Of a DNA stretch of 64,000 nt, positions 55,660 through 64,000 are shown piece after piece. Position 1 is the stretch's first letter. Each line of letters opens with the position of its first letter. Both the position numbers and the translations under genes were made by a program. Where the stretch lies: NCBI RefSeq assembly GCF_009914755.1, contig NC_060946.1; one strand, 5' to 3'. The notes beneath the pieces are model-generated. The model had not been told where the DNA came from. It worked only from the letters and a program-made list of their open reading frames with translations, and made no database searches. The stretch is from the human T2T-CHM13v2.0 reference genome, Homo sapiens.

Positions 55660-56645
55660 ATCCGTTTTCTGTGGAGATGGGGGACAGAACTGGTAGCTTG
55701 AGCTAGAGGCTGTTACTTGAGCTAAATTGTGTTTCTCTGGGGATTACTGGTCCAGGAACTCCTTGGGCAATCCAGCCTCAGCCCCATACTTCTGGGACTC
55801 TAGGAAGACTGTCCCCATTCTCTATTCTAATACTCTACACCTAACAGTTTTGCTCAGGCCAGCTCAGGTTGAGAACAACAAAAACTTAAAAAAAAAAAGA
55901 CAGATATATGTGTTTTGGATGTTGCTCTGGAAAGTACAGTCTCCCCAGAAGAAATTTGTCAGATGATTTAGCATTTAATAGACCACACAGGTTTGAAACA
56001 GCAGGACCCTGGAGGAAAGGGCTTTGGAAACAAAGGGTGCCTTTGCATGTGGGGATTTTAATTTTGATGAAAAAGAGAAACATGTCTTTTGGCTCTTTTC
56101 ATGTGTCCTAATAGGGAAACTCTTGGGTCTAAATGTAGAGGTACAGGAGCTGTGTTCACCTCTAGCAAAAAAGCAGAGCTGGCCTGTTGAGCCTGGGAAC
56201 AGGGTTTGCATCTGCCTGAAATTTATGAGCAAGGGTAGCCCATTTTTCTTGTACTTCGTCTCAAAGTAAACTTATTAACAACCAAGGAGAAGATGAAGTT
56301 CAACTCTGTGGCAGGATCTCCCTGGAATACTCTTTTAGCCACCTTTTGTTTTTGCAGTAAAAGGAGGAATGAGCATTGAATGAAGACAAGGATGAAGACT
56401 GACCATCTAAAACATCTGTTAGTGATAGTTTGGGTTTTATTTTGGGAAAATTCAGTGTTTTCACAAAAAACAAATGGTTTTGTGGGTCTGGCGCTGGACT
56501 GAGTGTTGGGAATGTGGATTCTTGTCTCTGTTTTGTTATTAACACAGTGCCCAGTTTTGGGAGCATCCCTTACATCTACTGTCTGCCTCATATTTACTGC
56601 CTGAAATTGATGATTTCTTCTGTTTGCTTTCAAGGGATATTATAA

Positions 56646-58281
<1,636 letters not shown>

Positions 58282-58974
58282 TGAGGCATTGGAATCAGAT
58301 AACTCTGGGTCTGTATTCTGCACATGCCACCTGTGAGTGGCTGAGCTGGGCTTCTGGCCAACACTCAAAGGCCACATTCCTAGTTATAGATGTTCCTTTC
58401 ACGTTGCTGAAGATTGGGAGAGCTGCACCAGACCACCTCTCAGGGTTTCCTAATGCAAATCCTTGAACCCTGCAGAAGTAAGCATCCAGAGAGGTGGGAG
58501 CTACTGGTATACACACTGTCTGTGCCCTCCTCATCTCCCGCTCCTGCAGCATGAAACACCTGTAATGCTTTGTTCTGTTTATTGTCTCCCTTTCTCATTA
58601 GACCTGAGCTCTGGGATATTGGGGGCTTAAGTACTTCTGAAAATTTTTATGGCATCTGCTGGGTGAATTTTCCTGGGGTGCTGGGCTGGTTGTTACGACA
58701 GCCTGGGTGACTGGCCTCATTCATGGCAAGGGCAGCAGGTGGAGAGTGGTCCCGGAAAGATTTTAGGATCTGCACGGAGTCAGGCCCAGCCCCTGGCCCC
58801 CTGATTGTCACCTTTCTCAGGATCTGGGATGCTAATTCAGAAACTCTTGACTGCTAGAGGCTGTGATTGACCCACTGAGAGCTTTTAGGCATGTGGATGT
58901 GAGTCAGCCAGGATTGATGGAGCATTGACTGCTAATTGGACTCCTCTGGGAAGGTAGAGGGGGGCAACACCTAA

Positions 58975-59250
<276 letters not shown>

Positions 59251-59616
59251 TGATAAGCAAAGATAATGAAATTCAAGATTTTCCTGAGTAGCAATTGCTT
59301 AACATTGTTTCAGTTATAATGTAGTAGAAACTCTGTTTGAACTTGATTCACTCCAGCACCCTTAGATTTTAAAATGCAGGATATGTTTAATGTCTAACAC
59401 ATAATAGACAGATAAGCACAGCTAGGGATTGTCATCCAAAAGGTCACCTGCAAGGCAATTTCGAAAGACTCTATTAGAGGCTCAAATATAAATTTGTTGG
59501 AAAAATTAAAATTTGGGTCAGTAGTTGATTCCTTGATTACAATTTTATTCTTTAAAGTTCTTTGTGAGTATAAGTTAATTCCAGTCCTTTCCCACTGTTT
59601 CCTCCCCACCCCCCAA

Positions 59617-59912
<296 letters not shown>

Positions 59913-60272
59913 TTCCTCCCAATTTTGTATATGGGAAAACAACTAAGGCACAAAGGTTGTCTTCCCGCAAAAGACCAAGACTTGGGGCTTCGACTGAGAG
60001 GTATTGTAGTCCTTTTAAACTTGATATTTAGAAGAGGATGATCAAGAGGAAGTTGGTTATGCTACTTGCTTTCAGTATACATCATTCAGGGGTCAGAAGC
60101 CATAGGGAGAGAAATATCTATTAGATAAGCATGTCTGAGTTGCAGGCTGTGGTGAGGACTCAGTTCTCAATGATGACAACCAGTAATTTTTGGTACTAGA
60201 ATTTCACATCAAATACCCCCACTTTACTGGAAGTACATTGAGGAATTTTGACAATCTTAAAGAAGCCAGTGA

Positions 60273-60555
<283 letters not shown>

Positions 60556-60596
60556 CTTTGTGCTTCTGCTTGATAATCGGTTCTTTAGTTGAATGG

Positions 60597-60898
60597 TTTT
60601 ATTATTTATTTATTTGAGACGGAGTCTCACTCTGTTGCACAGCCTGAAGTGTAGTGGTGCAAGCTTGGCTCACTGCAACCTCTGCTTCCCAGGTTCAAGC
60701 GATTCTCATTCCTCAGCCTCCCAAGTAGCTGGGATTACAGGTATGCGCCACCATGCCAAGCTAATTTTTATATTTTTTTATAGAGACAGGGTTTTGCCAT
60801 GTTGGCCAGCCTGGTCTTGAACTTCTGACCTCAGGTGATCCGCCTGCCTCGGTCTCTTAAAGTGCTGGGATTACACATGTGAGCCACTGTGCCTAGCC
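60597..60898 (-). mobile_element. AluS
   Basis: Reverse dimer. Confidence 0.93.
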
Positions 60899-61589
60899 TG
60901 AATGGCTTTTTTATATTTAAAGTTGTTGTGTGCCTTTCATCTGGAGCTACACCTTGGCTATCACTAGGCAGGTTTCCCAGGATGTCACCCTGGTCTCAGA
61001 CTGTGAGAGCTGAATACAAATTCTAAGGGCCCCTTGGAAAGTTCCAGGGAAAGGAGCATAGCGAGGTTGGGGGTGGAGTTTGTAGAGACTGGCTGGCTGG
61101 CTGCTGACATCTTCATGAGAACAGCAGGTACCTTGGTGCATAATAACAGGCCAGGTTATATTCTCATCCTTGCCCTCATAAAGATACAGGTCTACAGTCT
61201 CTGAAACCTTTGGGCTAGATAAGTTGTGAGATTTAATTACCCAATTTTAGGAAGGTGGTAAGGCATATCTACTATATGTATGTGTAGCACCCCAGTGGAG
61301 TTCTACACATGTGGAGTCCTACCCCAGTGGAGACCAAACATGTTAATATTTCCACAGCAAATATTCACAGTAAAAGGGATAGAGAAAGATCATAGGTAGT
61401 TGCATATTGATTCATATCAGTCTTTTCTTCCAAATGAGCTACAATGACTCGTTTTTGGGAGCTGTTTGGGTTTTGGAAGTGGAGATAAGGCATGGTTATG
61501 TCTTGTTGACCCAATAATGACCGGGGAGGCCCTGTGCAAAGACTTACACTTGGCTGCTCTTGTCCTCACAGTGATTCTATGAATGAGGT

Positions 61590-61725
61590 CCTCTAGCCAC
61601 TGTCATGTCACAGGTGAGGAAACCAAAGTTGGAGGATGAAGGTAACTTTTCTGATGTAGTGCAGCTGGTAAATGGCAGAGCTGGGACCCAACCCAGGTCT
61701 TTTTGACTCTAAAACTTATGTTCCT
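61590..61725 (-). mobile_element. MIR fragment
   Basis: acaggtgaggaaacc...aaatggcagagctgggacccaacccagg. Confidence 0.7.
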
Positions 61726-62110
61726 TATTGTCCACTGAATCTGCTTTTATAACTTTGCTTGGTTGATGCTAGGACACTTTGTAGCTCGCTGGCCATGCCA
61801 TGAATTGAATGCCGTGGTTCAAAGGCCACTGGCGATTCAGTCAAGGCAGGCTCAAGGGCACACAGCCGTTTCCTTAGGAAATGGGGATGGTGGTTGGAAA
61901 TTTCTATTAAAGGGTATATAAGCATTCTGAGACTTGGCTGGCCTGGTGTAGGGTGTTTGTTGGGAACTTAGGTGGTTTGCATGTTTAAAGGAATAAGGCT
62001 GAGATTGCCAATTAGATGGGTTTTAGCTCATTTGAATATTTAATGTGGAGGCTGTGGTTTCCTGGGACATTTTTCGCACTGTGGAGAGTTAGCCAGCTTT
62101 TCTCTGTTTC

Positions 62111-62412
<302 letters not shown>

Positions 62413-62466
62413 GCCCTTCTCTGTTTCCAGAGCATTTTGTATTAACTCCCTCTCATGATATCTTCC

Positions 62467-63639
62467 ATGGCAGGCTGAATAATGGCCCCTCCAAAGTGTC
62501 CTCAACTTAATCCCCGGAATCTGTGACTATGTTCCTTTCCATGACAAAAGGGACTTTGCAGATGTGATTAAGCATCTTGAGATGGGAACTTATCCTATGT
62601 TGCCTGTGGGCCCAGTGTCCCATGACAGTGCTTTTTTTTTTTTTTTTTTTGAGACGGAGTTTTTTGCTCTTGGTGCCCAGGCTGGAGTGCAATGGCGCAA
62701 TCTCGGCTTGCTGCAACTCCACCTCCCAAAGTTCAAGCGATTCTCTTGCCTCAGCCTTCCGAGTAGCTGGATTACAGGCGCTCACCAACATGCCCAGCTA
62801 ATTTTTGTTTTTCCAGTAGAGATGGGGTTTCACCATGTTGGCCAGGCTAGTCTCAAACTCCTGATCTCGTGATCTGCCCACCATGGCCTCCCAAAGTGCT
62901 GGGATTACAGGCCTGAGCCACCACATCCAGCCTACTGTGCTCTTTTAAGAGGGACTCAGCAGTCAGGGGAGATGGCAATGTGATGATGACTGAGTGTCTT
63001 AGTCTTTTTTGTATTGCTATGCAATATCTGAGGCTGGGTAATTTATAAAGAACAGGTTTATTTCTTACAGTTCTGGAGGCTGGGAATGTCAAGATCAAGA
63101 GGCCTGCTTCTGGTGAGGGTCTTCTTGCTGTGTCATCCCATGATGGAAGGTATCACATCAAGAGAGAAAGGGGGCTGAACTCAATCCTTTTATTAGCAAC
63201 CCATCCCCATGATAATTAACGGTCTGCTGAGATAACATCATTACTCTATTAATGAGGGCAGATCTTTCATGATCTAATCTCCTCTTAAAGGTCCCACCTC
63301 TCAACACTGTTGCATTGGAGATTAAATTTCCAACACATGAACTTTGGGGGACAAATTCAAACCATAGCACTGTGCAGAGATTGGAGTGGTGTGCTTTAAA
63401 AATGGAGGAAAGGGCCACAATCCAGGGAATATAGGTAACCACTAAATGCAGAAAAAGGCAAGAAAACGGGTTTTCCCTTCAGAACCTCCTGAAGGAATCA
63501 GTCCGTTACAACTTGACTTTAACCAAGTGAAACTGATTTGAGGCTTCTGACCTATAGAACAATAAGATATTAAGTCTGTGTTGATGTAAGCCAATCAGTT
63601 CATGGTAATTTGTTACAGCAGCCATAGAAAACTAATTGA
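62467..63639 (+). mobile_element. MLT1D-like LTR with a nested Alu (62633-62932, minus) and a nested MST LTR
   Basis: tggcaggctgaataatggcccc...aatttgttacagcagccatagaaaactaat. Confidence 0.82.
62995..63369 (-). mobile_element. MSTC/D-like solo LTR, flanks ctgag/ctgtg
   Basis: tgtcttagtc...caaaccatagca. Confidence 0.85.
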
Positions 63640-63762
63640 CTCACCAATGGGAGAAATCAGCTGCTGGTTGAAGGCTACCAAACACCTACTTCCTTTCCTA
63701 ATGTCACTTTAATTTTATCTTGGAGGAATTCTTTTCCCTATCCCATTAAGTTATGGGAAATG

Positions 63763-64000
63763 GGGCCAGGCATGGTGGCTTAGCAATCCCAGCACATTGG
63801 GAGGCTGTGGCGGGTGAATCACTTGAGGTCTAGAGTTTGAGACTAACCTGACCAACATAGTGAAACCCCATCTTTACTAAAAATACAAAAATTAGCCAGG
63901 TGTGGTGGTGGGCACCTGTAATCCCAGCTACTCCCGAGGCTGTGGCATGAGAATTGCTTGAACCCAGGAGGCAGAGGTTGCAGTGAGCTGAGATCGCACC
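63763..64000 (+). mobile_element. AluS running off the window edge
   Basis: ggccaggcatggtggct... Confidence 0.93.

Overview
Primate, most likely human, genomic DNA with no intact protein-coding gene. The window is a mosaic segmental-duplication cassette of the known pericentromeric type SLC9B1 pseudogene + ACTR3B retrocopy + CHEK2 pseudogene. I cannot tell from sequence alone which paralogous copy it is. About 1-53.8 kb is AT-rich, L1-dense intronic DNA of an unprocessed SLC9B1 (NHA1/NHEDC1) pseudogene on the minus strand. It has four exons equivalent to parental exons 4-7 (numbering recalled), with a 1-bp frameshift in the first, and a processed ACTR3B pseudogene lies upstream on the plus strand. 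From about 53.8 kb the DNA becomes GC/Alu-rich and carries the last three exons of a CHEK2 pseudogene on the plus strand. Most ORFs in the supplied track are L1 fragments, Alu translations or low-complexity artefacts. I found no convincing novel functional system. The most notable observations are structural fossils: (1) an 8.8-kb two-L1 composite inside one 20-bp TSD; (2) a probable 3' transduction ending at an LTR polyA signal; (3) a 113-bp locally templated insertion; (4) a MaLR internal region capped by an ERVL MLT2A LTR; (5) an inverted, tail-less L1 insert with target deletion; (6) an ACTR3B retrocopy preserving non-canonical splicing; (7) CHEK2 pseudogene alleles that mimic reported clinical variants; (8) an L1 5'UTR placed between two divergent promoterless gene fragments. 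Repeat subfamily calls and parental-gene comparisons rest on recalled consensus sequences and are approximate.
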